Counted from the stretch's first letter, positions 9,847 through 21,078 are shown. The stretch: 64,000 bases of DNA from an uncultured Gemmatimonadaceae bacterium (GCA_963761305.1 CAVXGK010000001.1:64001-128000); one strand, 5' to 3'. Numbers and translations are program-made. Notes: generated from the letters alone by a model not told the origin.

Positions 9847-11268
9847 CTACGGATTCTTCGCCGTGTCGACGGGCTTGCCGACCAACGCGTCGTAGTGAAC
9901 GGACACGTATGTCTGCTTCTTGAGCGTATCGACGTAGCGGCGCACGCCGCCGCGGTTGGCGAGGTCCGTTCGAACGGCGGATTGAAGCTCAGCGAGCGTC
10001 TGCGGGCCGCCTTCGTCTGCCGTGAGCAGCTCCGCGACCACGAACTTGGGAACGTCGGGGCGCTGCGACGAACCCGGGATCTGGAACGCGATGACGTCGC
10101 CGGCCTTTGCGGTGCCGAAGCCCTTCTGATACGACAGCGGAAGACTGTCGCGCACCCACGGCGTGAGAATGCTCGTCTCCTCTTTGCCGGCGTAGTCGTG
10201 GAATTTCTTGGCGAGCGTATCGAACGGCACGCCGTGGCGCAGCCGATCGGCGACGCTGTCGGCGAGCCGCGCGGTGCGCGCGACGTCGTTCGAATCGACG
10301 GCCGGCACGATCAGGATCTGGTGCGACTTCACTTCGCCCGTCTGAGCGCGGTCGACACGCACGATATGAAACCCTCGCGACGTCTCGAACACCGGACTCA
10401 ATTGTCCCGGCGATAGCGGCGCGAGGAACGGGCCGCCGAACAGCCAACGGTCGAACTCGGGGACGTTGTCACCGCGACGAGCCCAGCCGAGATCGCCGCC
10501 CGTTTCCTTGGTGAGGGGGTCCATCGTCTCGTGCTTCGCCGTTTGCTCGAAATCCGCGCCCGCCTTGAGCCGCACGAGAAGCGACTCGGCGCGAACACGC
10601 GCGGCTTCCTTTGCCGCAGCCGTGGGCTGCACGGCGATGACGATCTGCTTGAACGTCACGGTCGGCGGCTTGGGCGGCAGAAACTCCTTGGAGCGATCGA
10701 ACTCGGCCGCCACTTCGGCGTTGGTCACCTGCACCGGAACGATCTTGCCGTCCTGTTTGAGTCTGGCAACGATGCGCTCGAGCAGGAAGCGGCGCTTGTA
10801 TTGGTCGAGCATGTACTTGCGATACTCTTCGGGCGTACCGAGGCCGGATTGCGTGAGCGCCGTTCGATACTCCGACTCGGTCGTGTACTTCGAGCGGACG
10901 TCGCGCACCTGTCGATCCACCATTTGCGAGACGTCGGCGTCGGCGACCTCGACCTTGAGGTCGGCCGCCTTCTGGATCAGCAGCTCCTCCTGGATCATGT
11001 CGTCGAGCGTCTCGAGCTCGATCACACGCGCGGCCGAGTCGGTCGCCGGCTTCGGCACCTCGCCGCGTTGAATTCTGCTCAGCGCGCGCTCCCTCAGATC
11101 GATCAGCGTGATCGTCTGGTCGCCGATTACCGCGACGACGCCGTCGAGCAGCAGCGGTTGCTGCTGCGTCGGGGGAGGCGCGGCCGGAGCCGGTTGCTGA
11201 GCAGCAACCGGTCCGGCGGCGACGAGAGCGAACAGTGCGAACGCTGAGAACGCTGAGAGGCGTTTCAT
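9847..11268 (-). CDS. surA: SurA-like periplasmic chaperone/parvulin PPIase
   Basis: Signal peptide, DGVVAVIG SurA N-domain, GGDLGW, GFHIVRV; immediately upstream of pdxA. Confidence 0.8.
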   Translation of the reverse strand: MKRLSAFSAFALFALVAAGPVAAQQPAPAAPPPTQQQPLLLDGVVAVIGDQTITLIDLRERALSRIQRGEVPKPATDSAARVIELETLDDMIQEELLIQKAADLKVEVADADVSQMVDRQVRDVRSKYTTESEYRTALTQSGLGTPEEYRKYMLDQYKRRFLLERIVARLKQDGKIVPVQVTNAEVAAEFDRSKEFLPPKPPTVTFKQIVIAVQPTAAAKEAARVRAESLLVRLKAGADFEQTAKHETMDPLTKETGGDLGWARRGDNVPEFDRWLFGGPFLAPLSPGQLSPVFETSRGFHIVRVDRAQTGEVKSHQILIVPAVDSNDVARTARLADSVADRLRHGVPFDTLAKKFHDYAGKEETSILTPWVRDSLPLSYQKGFGTAKAGDVIAFQIPGSSQRPDVPKFVVAELLTADEGGPQTLAELQSAVRTDLANRGGVRRYVDTLKKQTYVSVHYDALVGKPVDTAKNP

Positions 11269-11280
11269 TTCGAAAAGGGA

Positions 11281-12810
11281 CTACGGTTTCTTCGTGGGCG
11301 GGGTCGAGGGTTTGCTCGGCGCCGGCGCGGGCTGCGGTTGTGCACCCTGCGGCGGCTGTCCCGCAGGCGGCGCGCCTGCGCCACCCGGGAGCGGAATCTG
11401 AGTCTTCGGCTGGTTCGCCATGCGCGTCGAGTCCGCCACCTTGCGGAGCTTGGTCGCGCGCTCGAGTCCGCGATCGATGCCCGCCGAGTTGACCGACGCG
11501 TCGTACTTCGCGTCGAGCAGCTTCTTGAGCGGCAACGGGATCGTGATCGGCTGTGCCTGGCCGGCCATCATGCGGTCGAGATACGCGTCGACGCGCGCGG
11601 CGGCGAGCCGCTCTTTCTCGGGAACGCTCTTCGCGCTGTCGGCGAGCATCTTCGGCTCGACGCCAAGCGTCGACTCGAGGTTGCCGACGAGCTGCCCGAT
11701 TTGCGTGTACATGTTGGCCTTGTCTTCGTCCTTCATCGTCACATGCGCGCTATCGGCGCGGCGCAGCAGGACCTGCTGCAGCGCGACCTGCTTGATGAAC
11801 GGCTTGAGCGACGAATCGGGCGCGCCGGGAATCCGCTGCATGATGCCCTGCTGCGGCGGAACGGTTTCCATCCAGCCCAGGAAGTCCTGCACGGTGAGCT
11901 CGCCGCCTTTGAACGTGGCGAGCGTGCTCTTGTCGGTGCGGTGCTTGGACGGATCGCGCGCCGCTTCCTTGATCGACGCGGCGGCGTTGTCCTTCAGCTG
12001 GACGTTCGCGGAAGTCTCGGTCTGCGCCAGATACGTGCTGTCCGCCCTTTTGGCCGAGATCGCCGCGTACTGCTGGGCGAAGTCCTTCTGCGCGTCGGCG
12101 TACGGAAGGCGCTGAACGATGTGGAAGCCGAACTGCGTCTCGACGAGCTTGGAGACCTCGCCGGGCTTAAGCGCGGCCGTCGCGTCGTAGAACGGCTGCA
12201 CCATGTTCCCCTTGGGGAACACGCCGAGGTAGCCCTTGTTCTGCTTCGCCGTCGGATCGTTGCTGTACTTCGCCGCCATCTCGGAGAAGTTCGCCGCGGT
12301 GACTTGCGGAAGAATCGACTCCGCCTTCTTGCGCACCGAGTCCTTCTCGGCCGCCGTCGGCGGAACCTGCGGATTCTTGAAGGCGATCAGGATGTGCCGC
12401 GCGCCGAGCAGCCCGCCGGCCGCCTGGTTGTATTCGGCTTCAGTACCCGAGTCGACCTTGAACGATTTGGCGATCGAGTCCATGAACATGTTGAGCCGGC
12501 TCGCATTGGCCATCGGCGCGAGCGCGACGTCGATCGCCTTCTTGTCGTTCAGCGAATCGCCGTGCGCAGCGGCGTACGCCATCTGCTGGTAGCCGGTCCA
12601 AATATCGGCGATGATCGCGGCGGTCTCGCGATTCACGGGAACCTGAATCTTGGCGTTGCCAAGCAGGTCACCGAGACGCGTGACCGACAATTCCTGCGAG
12701 CCTGCGCGTGCGACGACGTCCACGTGCGCGGTGAGGGCTTCTTTCAGTCCTTCGCACGCTGCCAAGAGCGCGCAGCCGGCAACGAGGCCGACGAGAGGGC
12801 GAGATCGCAT
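11281..12810 (-). CDS. PpiC-type peptidyl-prolyl isomerase lipoprotein
   Basis: Lipobox LAAC; ARHILI, KYSND, GYLG, ETQFGFHIV. Confidence 0.88.
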   Translation of the reverse strand: MRSRPLVGLVAGCALLAACEGLKEALTAHVDVVARAGSQELSVTRLGDLLGNAKIQVPVNRETAAIIADIWTGYQQMAYAAAHGDSLNDKKAIDVALAPMANASRLNMFMDSIAKSFKVDSGTEAEYNQAAGGLLGARHILIAFKNPQVPPTAAEKDSVRKKAESILPQVTAANFSEMAAKYSNDPTAKQNKGYLGVFPKGNMVQPFYDATAALKPGEVSKLVETQFGFHIVQRLPYADAQKDFAQQYAAISAKRADSTYLAQTETSANVQLKDNAAASIKEAARDPSKHRTDKSTLATFKGGELTVQDFLGWMETVPPQQGIMQRIPGAPDSSLKPFIKQVALQQVLLRRADSAHVTMKDEDKANMYTQIGQLVGNLESTLGVEPKMLADSAKSVPEKERLAAARVDAYLDRMMAGQAQPITIPLPLKKLLDAKYDASVNSAGIDRGLERATKLRKVADSTRMANQPKTQIPLPGGAGAPPAGQPPQGAQPQPAPAPSKPSTPPTKKP

Positions 12811-12885
12811 TCGGGAACCGGAGTTTTTTGACGAGTGAGTGATAAGAACGAACTGCGGAAACGTTGTTGGGACTTCGTGCGGCGA

Positions 12886-15800
12886 CTAACGAACGGCGGG
12901 CTGAACCAGCCCTCGTAGCGCCCGGACGAGTCCGTCGAGCATCGGCGCGCCGCCGAGACGAGTCAGCTTGAGCGACAACGGAACCGCGCGGCGGACCTCC
13001 GCCTGGAACTGCACCCCGTGAAACGCGGTCGAAAGACCCTTGATTCGCGGAGCCGCCGAACCTCTAAACGTAATACGCGCCTCGTCGCCTCGCACCAGGA
13101 CTCCTTCTATCCCCAAAGCACCTCCAACGATCCGCAATTGAGCGAGCGCGAGCATCGCCTCGGCCTGCGCCGGGATAGGGCCGAACCGATCGCGCAGCTC
13201 GGACCGCATCTGCTCGATTTCCACAGGATCATCGATGCGCGCGAGGCGCCGATAGACGTCGATCTTGGCGTCCTGCGACACGACGTAGTCGTCGGGCAGG
13301 TAATTGGGGACGTCGATCGTGACTTCGGATGGAACAAATTTTGGCGCCTGGTCGCCGGACATCAGGCGCCGCACCGCGTCCTCGAGCATCCGCAGGTACA
13401 TGTCGAAGCCCACGGCCTGCACGAACCCGGATTGTTCCGCGCCGAGCAGGTTCCCCGCCCCGCGCATCTCGAGGTCCTTGAGCGCGATGCGATAGCCGGC
13501 GCCGAGCTCGGTGTGATGCTCGAGCACCTGCAAGCGACGCTCGGCGTTCGGATCGATCGAGTCGGGCACCATTAGGTAGCAGTACGCGCGGCGATGCGAG
13601 CGTCCCACGCGTCCGCGGAGCTGATAGAGCTGCGCGAGACCGAAGTAGTCGGCGCGGTTCACGAACATCGTGTTGGCGTTCGGCACGTCGAGCCCCGACT
13701 CGACGATCATCGTCGACACGAGCACGTCGATCGAGCCGTTCACGAACGCGTGCATGACCTCTTCCAGCTCGCGCTCGCGCATCTGGCCGTGCGCCACGCC
13801 GACGCGCGCGCGCGGCGCGATGCGCTTCACGTGGTCGGCGTGCGCCTGAATCGTCTCGATGCGGTTGTGGACGAAGAACACCTGGCCGCCTCGGTCGAGC
13901 TCGCGCGCGATGCCCTCCTCGATGAGACCGTCGTCCACCGGCTCGACGTACGTGAGCACCGGCGACCGGTCGCGCGGCGGCGTCTGCATCACCGTCATGT
14001 CGCGCAAGCCGGCGAGCGAGAGATGCAGCGTGCGCGGGATCGGCGTCGCGGTGAGCGTGAGCACGTCAGTCTGGAGCTTGAGCCGCTTGAGCCGCTCCTT
14101 GTGCTTCACGCCGAAGCGGTGCTCCTCGTCGACGACGATGAGGCCGAGGTCGGCGAACTGCACGTCTTCGCTCAGCAGGCGATGCGTGCCGATGACGACG
14201 TCGATCTTCTTCTCTTTCAGCTCGGCGAGCGTCGCCGCCTGTTCCTTCGGACCTTGGAATCGGCTCAGCGCCGCGACGCGGAGCGGGAAGTCGGCGAGTC
14301 GCTCGGTGAAGGTGCGCAGATGCTGGTCGGCGAGAATCGTCGTCGGCACGAGCACGGCGACCTGTCGGCCCGACTGCACCGCCTTGAACGCCGCGCGCAC
14401 GGCGATCTCCGTCTTGCCATAGCCCACGTCGCCCACGAGCAGCCGATCCATCGGCCGCGTGGACTCCATGTCGGCCTTCACTTGAACCGTCGCCGTGCGC
14501 TGGTCGGGCGTGTCCTCGAACAGGAACGCCGATTCGAGCTGCCGCTGCCACGGCGTGTCGGGCACGTGGGCGGGACGCGTGGCGATCTTGCGGCGCGCGT
14601 AGAGGTCGAGCAGCTCGACGGTCATCTCCTGAATCGCCGCGCGCGCCTTCTCGCGCTGCTGCGCCCAGCGTCGCCCGCCCAAGTGATGCAGCCGCGGCGG
14701 CGGTGAATCCGTGGAGACGTCGTCGGACGAGCGATAGCGCTCGATCTGGTCGATCCGATACAACGGAACGTTCAGGCGATCGCCGCCCTCATACTCGACG
14801 ACCGCGACCTCGATCGTGCTCTGACCGACGAAGATCGTCTCGATGCCGCGGTAGATGCCGACGCCGTGCTCGAGGTGCACGACGAAGTCGCCCGGCTTGA
14901 GCGAGAGCGTGTCGAGCGTCGTCGCCGTGGCATAGCGACGCGCGCGCCGGATGCGCCGCTCGCGGCGGAAGATCTCGTGGTCGGTGAGAATGCGCAGCGC
15001 GTGCGGAACGACGAACCCGCCGTCGAGCACACCGATCGAGAGCGCCGCGGGCGACGGCCGCCGCTCGTCGTCGGAAAGCAGTTCATCCAGACGTTCGGCC
15101 TGGCCTTCGTTGTCGCAGAGGATGACCGTCGGCGTGCCGTCGCGCACGATGCGCTTGAGCTGCTTGATGTCGCGATCGATCGCCTCGGGGGGCATGAGCG
15201 GCAACACGACGTCGGCGTCTTCAGCGGTATCGTCGCCGCCGTCCAGCACGGCGATCGTGCCGAGCCGCTTGAGCGCGGCTCCGGTGGCGTTCGGCGACTC
15301 GAACAGTTCGGCGCGGTCGACGACGTCCTCGCCGCGGCGCCGAGCGAGGTCGATGTGATGCTGCGCATCGTCCCACGTGCGCTTGAGCTCCGGCTCGAGA
15401 TGCGCGCCGCGCGGAACGAGCAGCAACGTGTCGGGCGGCAGCAACGACGTGATCGCGCCTCGCTCTCCTTCCGTCGCTTCGTGCCTGACCTGGCCGTCCA
15501 CCGGCAGGACCAGCGCGAGCTCCACCGCGCGGCTCGAGCGCTGCGACCCGAGATCGAAGTGACGGAGATCCACGATCTCGTCGCCCCAGAACTCGGCGCG
15601 AACCGGTTCGGCCATGCCGAACGAATACACGTCGAGAATTCCGCCGCGAATCGCGAACTGCGCCACGTCTTCCACCAACGGAACGCGCTCGAAACCGATC
15701 TGTTCGAGGTGCTCCGCCAGCTTCGGCAAGCGGTGGCTGTCGCCCTTCTTCAGCTCGACGCGCAAGTCGCGCAGCGCGCCGGGCATTCGCGTTCTTTCGG

Positions 15801-16179
15801 CGAGCGCACGAGCGGTCGTAACGAGAACGCGGAGCTCGCCGCGCGACAATCGCTCGAGCGTTTCGACGCGCTCGCCGGCGACTTCCATGTGCGGCTCGGC
15901 TTCGCCGAACCCTTCGCGCGGCGGATACAGTGCGACCGGAACGTCGTCGAGCAGCGTCTCGAGGTCGGCGAGCCAACGCTCGGCTTCGGCCACGCCGTCT
16001 GCAGCGACGACGAAGAAACGCGACGGCAGCCGGCGCGCCAGCGTCGCCAGCATCGCCGCGCCTGCCGAACCGGGAAGGCCGGACACGCGCAACCGATCAC
16101 CCGGCGACGGCAGCGTGTTGACGATTCTTTGAAACGCCGGCAGACGCTCCAGCGTGTCGAGCACCGAATCCAGAGCCAT
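12886..16179 (-). CDS. mfd: Transcription-repair coupling factor
   Basis: GDFVVHLEHGVGIY, GDVGYGKTE, DEEHRFGV, QLRGRVGRS, DLEMRGAGNLLG; start MALDS overlaps the upstream stop. Confidence 0.98.
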   Translation of the reverse strand: MALDSVLDTLERLPAFQRIVNTLPSPGDRLRVSGLPGSAGAAMLATLARRLPSRFFVVAADGVAEAERWLADLETLLDDVPVALYPPREGFGEAEPHMEVAGERVETLERLSRGELRVLVTTARALAERTRMPGALRDLRVELKKGDSHRLPKLAEHLEQIGFERVPLVEDVAQFAIRGGILDVYSFGMAEPVRAEFWGDEIVDLRHFDLGSQRSSRAVELALVLPVDGQVRHEATEGERGAITSLLPPDTLLLVPRGAHLEPELKRTWDDAQHHIDLARRRGEDVVDRAELFESPNATGAALKRLGTIAVLDGGDDTAEDADVVLPLMPPEAIDRDIKQLKRIVRDGTPTVILCDNEGQAERLDELLSDDERRPSPAALSIGVLDGGFVVPHALRILTDHEIFRRERRIRRARRYATATTLDTLSLKPGDFVVHLEHGVGIYRGIETIFVGQSTIEVAVVEYEGGDRLNVPLYRIDQIERYRSSDDVSTDSPPPRLHHLGGRRWAQQREKARAAIQEMTVELLDLYARRKIATRPAHVPDTPWQRQLESAFLFEDTPDQRTATVQVKADMESTRPMDRLLVGDVGYGKTEIAVRAAFKAVQSGRQVAVLVPTTILADQHLRTFTERLADFPLRVAALSRFQGPKEQAATLAELKEKKIDVVIGTHRLLSEDVQFADLGLIVVDEEHRFGVKHKERLKRLKLQTDVLTLTATPIPRTLHLSLAGLRDMTVMQTPPRDRSPVLTYVEPVDDGLIEEGIARELDRGGQVFFVHNRIETIQAHADHVKRIAPRARVGVAHGQMRERELEEVMHAFVNGSIDVLVSTMIVESGLDVPNANTMFVNRADYFGLAQLYQLRGRVGRSHRRAYCYLMVPDSIDPNAERRLQVLEHHTELGAGYRIALKDLEMRGAGNLLGAEQSGFVQAVGFDMYLRMLEDAVRRLMSGDQAPKFVPSEVTIDVPNYLPDDYVVSQDAKIDVYRRLARIDDPVEIEQMRSELRDRFGPIPAQAEAMLALAQLRIVGGALGIEGVLVRGDEARITFRGSAAPRIKGLSTAFHGVQFQAEVRRAVPLSLKLTRLGGAPMLDGLVRALRGLVQPAVR

Positions 16180-17981
16180 CAGGCCGCCCGCATTGCTCGC
16201 CGGCGAATGACGAAGGTTTCGCCGAGCAGCAGGAGCAGCGCGACCACCAGCGCCGGTTCGATCAGCGACCGCCGCGCCGCCGCGCGGAACGACAACGACG
16301 CCCACGCGCTCGGACTCGGCGCGACGAGCGCGCGGTTCACGCGCAGCCGAGACGCGAGATCCTTCGCCGAATAGCGATCGAGCACCGATTCGTCAGGCGG
16401 CGGCGCCACGACGAGCGCGCCGACGCGACGTCCGTTGAGCGTGAGGAAGTACGTGCCGGTGCGATCCGGCACGTCGAGCGCGTCGCCGAGCGGGGTGCGC
16501 TGCCCGTCGACCGTTTCCAGGGCGTCGGCCCACCGCGGACGCGGAAGACGCTTCCCGGGTTCGGACGTGAGCACCTGCCCGGGTTCGCCGACGAGCCGTT
16601 CGGTGAGCACACCCCCGAGCCACGGCACGAACGACGCGCGCACGGGCAGATTCGTCGCGTCGGGGGCGATCGGCGACGCAACGATGACGTAGCGCGCGCC
16701 GGCGACGATCCACGCGTCCTGTCCCACCGTCGCCAGCGTGTCGGCGATCGCACCGGTCTGCGCGACCAGCTCATAGCGCGCCGTCGAGTTCACGCCGTCG
16801 AGATCCGCGCCGTGCGCCGTCGCTTCGCCGGAGCGACGCGCGCCGAAGCGCCACGGCACGCTCAACCGCTCGAGCGCGCGGTTCGCCACGCCGAGGTGAA
16901 CTGGATCGCCCGGCGCGATGATGAGCGCGGGGAGCGTCGTCAGCTCCTCGCCGCTCACGACCGCGATGTCGTTCCCGTCCGTGACGCGCTCGGACGATTT
17001 GAGAACGTCGATCGCGTTTTTGACGAACGGCCCGGCGCCGGGCGCCACGGTGACGCCGGGCGCCGGTCCGATCCACACGGCGAACGGACGCACGTTGTCG
17101 GCCGCCAGCTCGTCCGGCTCGAGCTCGACGGTGCCGGCGAGCCAGCCACGTTCCGGCGGCGACGCGTGGACCGTGACCTCTTCGTTCGGGGCCGCCGTGC
17201 CGCGCGCGAATGTGCGGCCGTTGAGCGTGATGCGGTACGTCGTCGAGTCGGTGGACTGAAATCGGGCGGCGATCTCACCGCGCGGCGTCCAACGCGTCGG
17301 CCGAGCTTCGGCGAGCGTGACGGCGCGGTTCACGGCAACGGCGCTGTTCGGTGAGTAGAGGACGACCTGCGCGTCGGGCAGCGCCGGAATACGCTGCCAT
17401 TCGGTGCGCTGCGCGTCGGTGACCAACGCGATTTGGCGCGCCGTGAGCCCCGACGAACGCACGATCGCCGCGGCGCGAGAGAGCGCCAGCGAGGGATCGC
17501 CGGCTCCCGACTGCGCTTCCATGCGATCGATCTCGTCGCGAAGGAGCGCCATGCTTCCGCCGCGCACGTTGCCGTCGATCGTCACGATCCACACGCGGTC
17601 GTTGGCCGTCGCGCTGGAGAGAACGTCGCGCGCCATCGCCTTGAACTCGGCGAGCAGCGGGTGGCCGTTGACCACGACCGACGAGCTGAGCGAGTTGTCG
17701 ATCACGATCGCCAGCGCCGTCGGCGCGTGGCCCGCGCCGACCCATTCGGCGAGCGGACGGGCCGCGGCGAAGGCGATGGCGAGCACCGCGAGCACGCGGA
17801 GGAACATCAAGAGGAGATTCCTGATCCGCAGCGTGCGGCTGTGTTCCTTCTCGGCGCGGAGCAGATATCGCGCGGCGGGAAAGTCGACGCGCATGCCGAT
17901 TCGCCGCCGCATCAAATGGATGAGCAGCGGCACGGCGATCGCGGCGCCGAGCGCGAGATAGAGGGGTGAGAGAAAACTCAC
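16179..17981 (-). CDS. BatA N-terminal/vWA domain membrane protein
   Basis: SFLSP..VPLLIHL..FP..LRVLA..ARP BatA motif, DNSLSS vWA-like, VTDAQ; GTG start overlapping DUF58 stop. Confidence 0.85.
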   Translation of the reverse strand: MSFLSPLYLALGAAIAVPLLIHLMRRRIGMRVDFPAARYLLRAEKEHSRTLRIRNLLLMFLRVLAVLAIAFAAARPLAEWVGAGHAPTALAIVIDNSLSSSVVVNGHPLLAEFKAMARDVLSSATANDRVWIVTIDGNVRGGSMALLRDEIDRMEAQSGAGDPSLALSRAAAIVRSSGLTARQIALVTDAQRTEWQRIPALPDAQVVLYSPNSAVAVNRAVTLAEARPTRWTPRGEIAARFQSTDSTTYRITLNGRTFARGTAAPNEEVTVHASPPERGWLAGTVELEPDELAADNVRPFAVWIGPAPGVTVAPGAGPFVKNAIDVLKSSERVTDGNDIAVVSGEELTTLPALIIAPGDPVHLGVANRALERLSVPWRFGARRSGEATAHGADLDGVNSTARYELVAQTGAIADTLATVGQDAWIVAGARYVIVASPIAPDATNLPVRASFVPWLGGVLTERLVGEPGQVLTSEPGKRLPRPRWADALETVDGQRTPLGDALDVPDRTGTYFLTLNGRRVGALVVAPPPDESVLDRYSAKDLASRLRVNRALVAPSPSAWASLSFRAAARRSLIEPALVVALLLLLGETFVIRRRAMRAA

Positions 17982-18889
17982 GGCAGCAGTTGGCGAACCG
18001 CGAACGCGCGCCGCAGCGGTACGCCGAAGGGTGCGTCGGTCGACACGACCTCGTAGCTCACCCCGGCGGCGCCGAGCACGCTGCGCCATTCGTCGAGAAC
18101 TTCAGTGACCGTGTTCCGGTAGGCGGCGCGGACGTCGGCAACGCTCGCGGGGACCGAGAGCTCGCTCTCCGGATCGACGAACAGCGCTTCGCCGGTGGCC
18201 GGCAGCTCGCGCTCGGCCGGGTCGAGGATGTGGAGGACGGTGACGTCGTGCCCCATGGCGCGCAGCGTACGCATCGCCCGTTCGACCTCGGGCGTGTCCA
18301 TGAGCAAATCGGAAATGAGGACGATGAGCCCGCGGCGGCTGATGATGCGCGCGGCGTGCTGCAGCGCTTCCGGCGCGCTCGACGCTTTGCCCTTTCCTGG
18401 CTCCTCGAGCGCGGCGATGACGCGGCGCCATTGGCCGTGTCGGGCTCGCGGCGGCACGGCGCTTCGGATGCGGTCGTCGAACCGGACCAGGCCGACGGCG
18501 TCGCGCTGTCGCAGCAGCAGCAGGGCGATCGCCGCGGCGAGCCGCTCGGCGTATTCGAGTTTCGTCAATCGGTCGGGCGCGCCGCTCCAGGCCATGGAGC
18601 GGCTGACGTCGAGCACGATGGTCGCGCGGAGGTTGGTTTCTTCTTCGTACTGGCGGACGACCCAGCGGTCGGAGCGCGCGGCGATCTTCCAGTCGATGTA
18701 GCGGAGGTCGTCGCCGGGCTGGTACGGGCGGTAGTCGGCGAACTCGACGGAAAATCCTTTTCGGGGCGAGCGATGGAGCCCGGCCATGAAGCCGTCGACG
18801 ACCCACCGGGCAACAATTTCAATGCGCCCCAGGGCCGCGAGGCTCGCTGGGTCGAAGAGATCGGCGCGGAGGGCTTGGGTGCTCTCCAT
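17978..18889 (-). CDS. DUF58 family protein (MoxR-associated)
   Basis: GLHRS..GFSVEFADYRPYQPGDDLRYIDWK, LDVSRSM, ISD. Confidence 0.95.
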   Translation of the reverse strand: MESTQALRADLFDPASLAALGRIEIVARWVVDGFMAGLHRSPRKGFSVEFADYRPYQPGDDLRYIDWKIAARSDRWVVRQYEEETNLRATIVLDVSRSMAWSGAPDRLTKLEYAERLAAAIALLLLRQRDAVGLVRFDDRIRSAVPPRARHGQWRRVIAALEEPGKGKASSAPEALQHAARIISRRGLIVLISDLLMDTPEVERAMRTLRAMGHDVTVLHILDPAERELPATGEALFVDPESELSVPASVADVRAAYRNTVTEVLDEWRSVLGAAGVSYEVVSTDAPFGVPLRRAFAVRQLLP

Positions 18890-19087
18890 TGGAGCGGGAA
18901 AGCTAAACGGAGGGGCTAACCGAGGCGTTGCGTCTGGGGTGCAACGGGCATCTTATTCCTAGCGTAGGAGTATTAGAGACCCGGGAGTCGGGCGGTCGGC
19001 GGGTAGGGGAAGCCGGCCAGAACCTGGATCTTGCGCAGTCGGTCGTGTGTATGCTTTATTGTATACACCACTCTCGCGGAGTCGCGA

Positions 19088-20635
19088 ATGATGTCGCGTC
19101 GTCGGATCTTCGCATCGGTCGCCAGTGTTGCGATGGCGAGCAGCGCCTGCATGGCGTATCCGAGCAACCCGTGGTTCCAGCAGGCGCAATCGCCTGCTCC
19201 TCAGTCGGCGCTGACTTCAGGCGCGACCGACGCCTCGCCGGAGGTAATGCAAGCCGGCGGCTATCAGCGAGAGGATGGGCCGCGCGTGTCGATCTACGCT
19301 GAGGTCGACAACACGAACGGAACGCGACTCGTGCGTGCGAACTTCCATTTGGATGACGACGCGTACATCGTCGTCGGGCACATCGACGCCGACGGCGTGC
19401 TGAGGATCGAGTTCCCCGACACGCCGATCGACAACGGCTTCGCTCGCGGGCACGCGTCATATCAGACCGCGCAGTTCTTCGCCGGTTTCGCCGGGCAGTA
19501 CCGTGCGCGCTTCACCTCCGGCCTCACTCGCAGCGCGAACGCGTACGATTCGTACGACGGCGGCACCGGCTTCGTCTTCGTGATCGCGTCGTGGCAGCCG
19601 ATGCACTTCGAGAAGTTCTCGACGGCCGGCCACTGGGATTCCTTCGAGCTGACCGACGCCGACTACCTGACGAATCCGCGCCCGGCCGTGAATGAGCTCG
19701 CGTCGCTCCTCGCCGGCACGAACTCGTCGGCATACACCATCAAGTTCGCGAGTGTTTACGACACGCAGGCTCCATACGCCGCGTCCAACTCGCTCTACTC
19801 CAACTCGCTCGGCGCGCAGTCGTGCTCGGGGCTCGGGTTCGGCTACTCCTTTGGGTTCCCGTCCTCGCCGTTCGGCTTCTCGGCGTTCAATCCTGTCTCC
19901 ACCTACGGCTACGGCCAATCGTTCTTCTGGCGCGGCAGCCAGTATCTCTATGACGCCGCCGACGACTGCTATTACAACACGGGCATCGGCGGCGCGTACC
20001 TGCCGTACGGCTATTTTCCGCCCGGGTACGGCAACGGCTGGAGCATCGCGCAGACTCCTTCGTCTCCGCCGCCAAACAACGGCCGTCTGATTGGCATCGA
20101 CCGAATTCGTCCGCCGGTCACCCCGCAGGCAACGCCGATGCACCTCGCTCCGGGGAGCGCGCCCGACGCCGGCGGCAGCACGACGAATGCGTCGAAGATG
20201 ACGCTCGCCCCGGAGACGAAGCCCCAGTATCGCACCCGCGGCCTCGTCGCGCACGAGGATCCGGCCGGCTCAGTCGAAGTCATTCCTCAGCGCTCGTACG
20301 GCGGACGCGCGCACGACGCGGGAACGCAATCGTCCGGCTTCCAGGGGCTGGTGATCCGCGGCAACGACAACCAGTCGCGCGGCGACCAGCCGTCATCCAA
20401 CACGCCTCGCGTCCAGAGCCAATCGCACAACGACACGCCCCGCAACGACTCTCCGCGCGTCGCACCGCAAACGCGTAGCGAGTCGCCGAGGGCCGACGCA
20501 CCACGAATGGCGCCGTCCCCCGCGCCCGCCCGCGCCGACGCGCCGCGCAGCGAGCCCGCCCGTACGCCGCCCGCCGGGTCGTCGTCGTCCTCATCTTCGT
20601 CGTCGTCGAGCGGGAAGCCGCCGTCGAAGAACTAG
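19088..20635 (+). CDS. Secreted hypothetical protein (DUF4384-like N-domain, Tyr/Gly-rich middle, Pro/Ser-rich tail)
   Basis: Long ORF with coding bias; signal-like N-terminus; DDAYIVVGHIDADGVLRIEFP; followed by a terminator. Confidence 0.7.
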   Translation: MMSRRRIFASVASVAMASSACMAYPSNPWFQQAQSPAPQSALTSGATDASPEVMQAGGYQREDGPRVSIYAEVDNTNGTRLVRANFHLDDDAYIVVGHIDADGVLRIEFPDTPIDNGFARGHASYQTAQFFAGFAGQYRARFTSGLTRSANAYDSYDGGTGFVFVIASWQPMHFEKFSTAGHWDSFELTDADYLTNPRPAVNELASLLAGTNSSAYTIKFASVYDTQAPYAASNSLYSNSLGAQSCSGLGFGYSFGFPSSPFGFSAFNPVSTYGYGQSFFWRGSQYLYDAADDCYYNTGIGGAYLPYGYFPPGYGNGWSIAQTPSSPPPNNGRLIGIDRIRPPVTPQATPMHLAPGSAPDAGGSTTNASKMTLAPETKPQYRTRGLVAHEDPAGSVEVIPQRSYGGRAHDAGTQSSGFQGLVIRGNDNQSRGDQPSSNTPRVQSQSHNDTPRNDSPRVAPQTRSESPRADAPRMAPSPAPARADAPRSEPARTPPAGSSSSSSSSSSSGKPPSKN

Positions 20636-20653
20636 TCAGTTGTCGCTCACGCC

Positions 20654-20689
20654 AAGGGCCGCGCGATCGATGCGCGGCCCTTTTCTTTT
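20654..20689 (+). terminator. Rho-independent terminator
   Basis: AAGGGCCGCGC-gatcgat-GCGCGGCCCTT followed by TTCTTTT. Confidence 0.8.
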
Positions 20690-21078
20690 CGGTCGGGTGT
20701 GGCCTGCGAACTTGTGTCGCCCGGAGCAAGAGCCGTAGGGGTACAAGACACAAACGGATCGAACGGACACAAACGGATTGAAAATCGAGAAGCCGTACGA
20801 CGAGGTTGAGGTAGACCTTGGGAACTGCCCCGGGCTGCATAGTTCGCTGAGTCGGCGCAACGCCGGCCGAGCGTGGTGCCCTTCAAGCCCTCCTCAGTCT
20901 GTTGCCTCTGCGACCTCCGCGCCTCTGCGGTAAGCCGTTTCCGGCCGTGATCTGCTCTCTCCCGGTGAGCTGTTCCGGATCCAGCTCACCGGTTTCACCG
21001 ATCTTGCGCGAAGATCAATAGGTTTCACCCGCGCGGCCCCTTCCGGGTGCCGTCCACCCGTCCCCTGTCCACTCGATT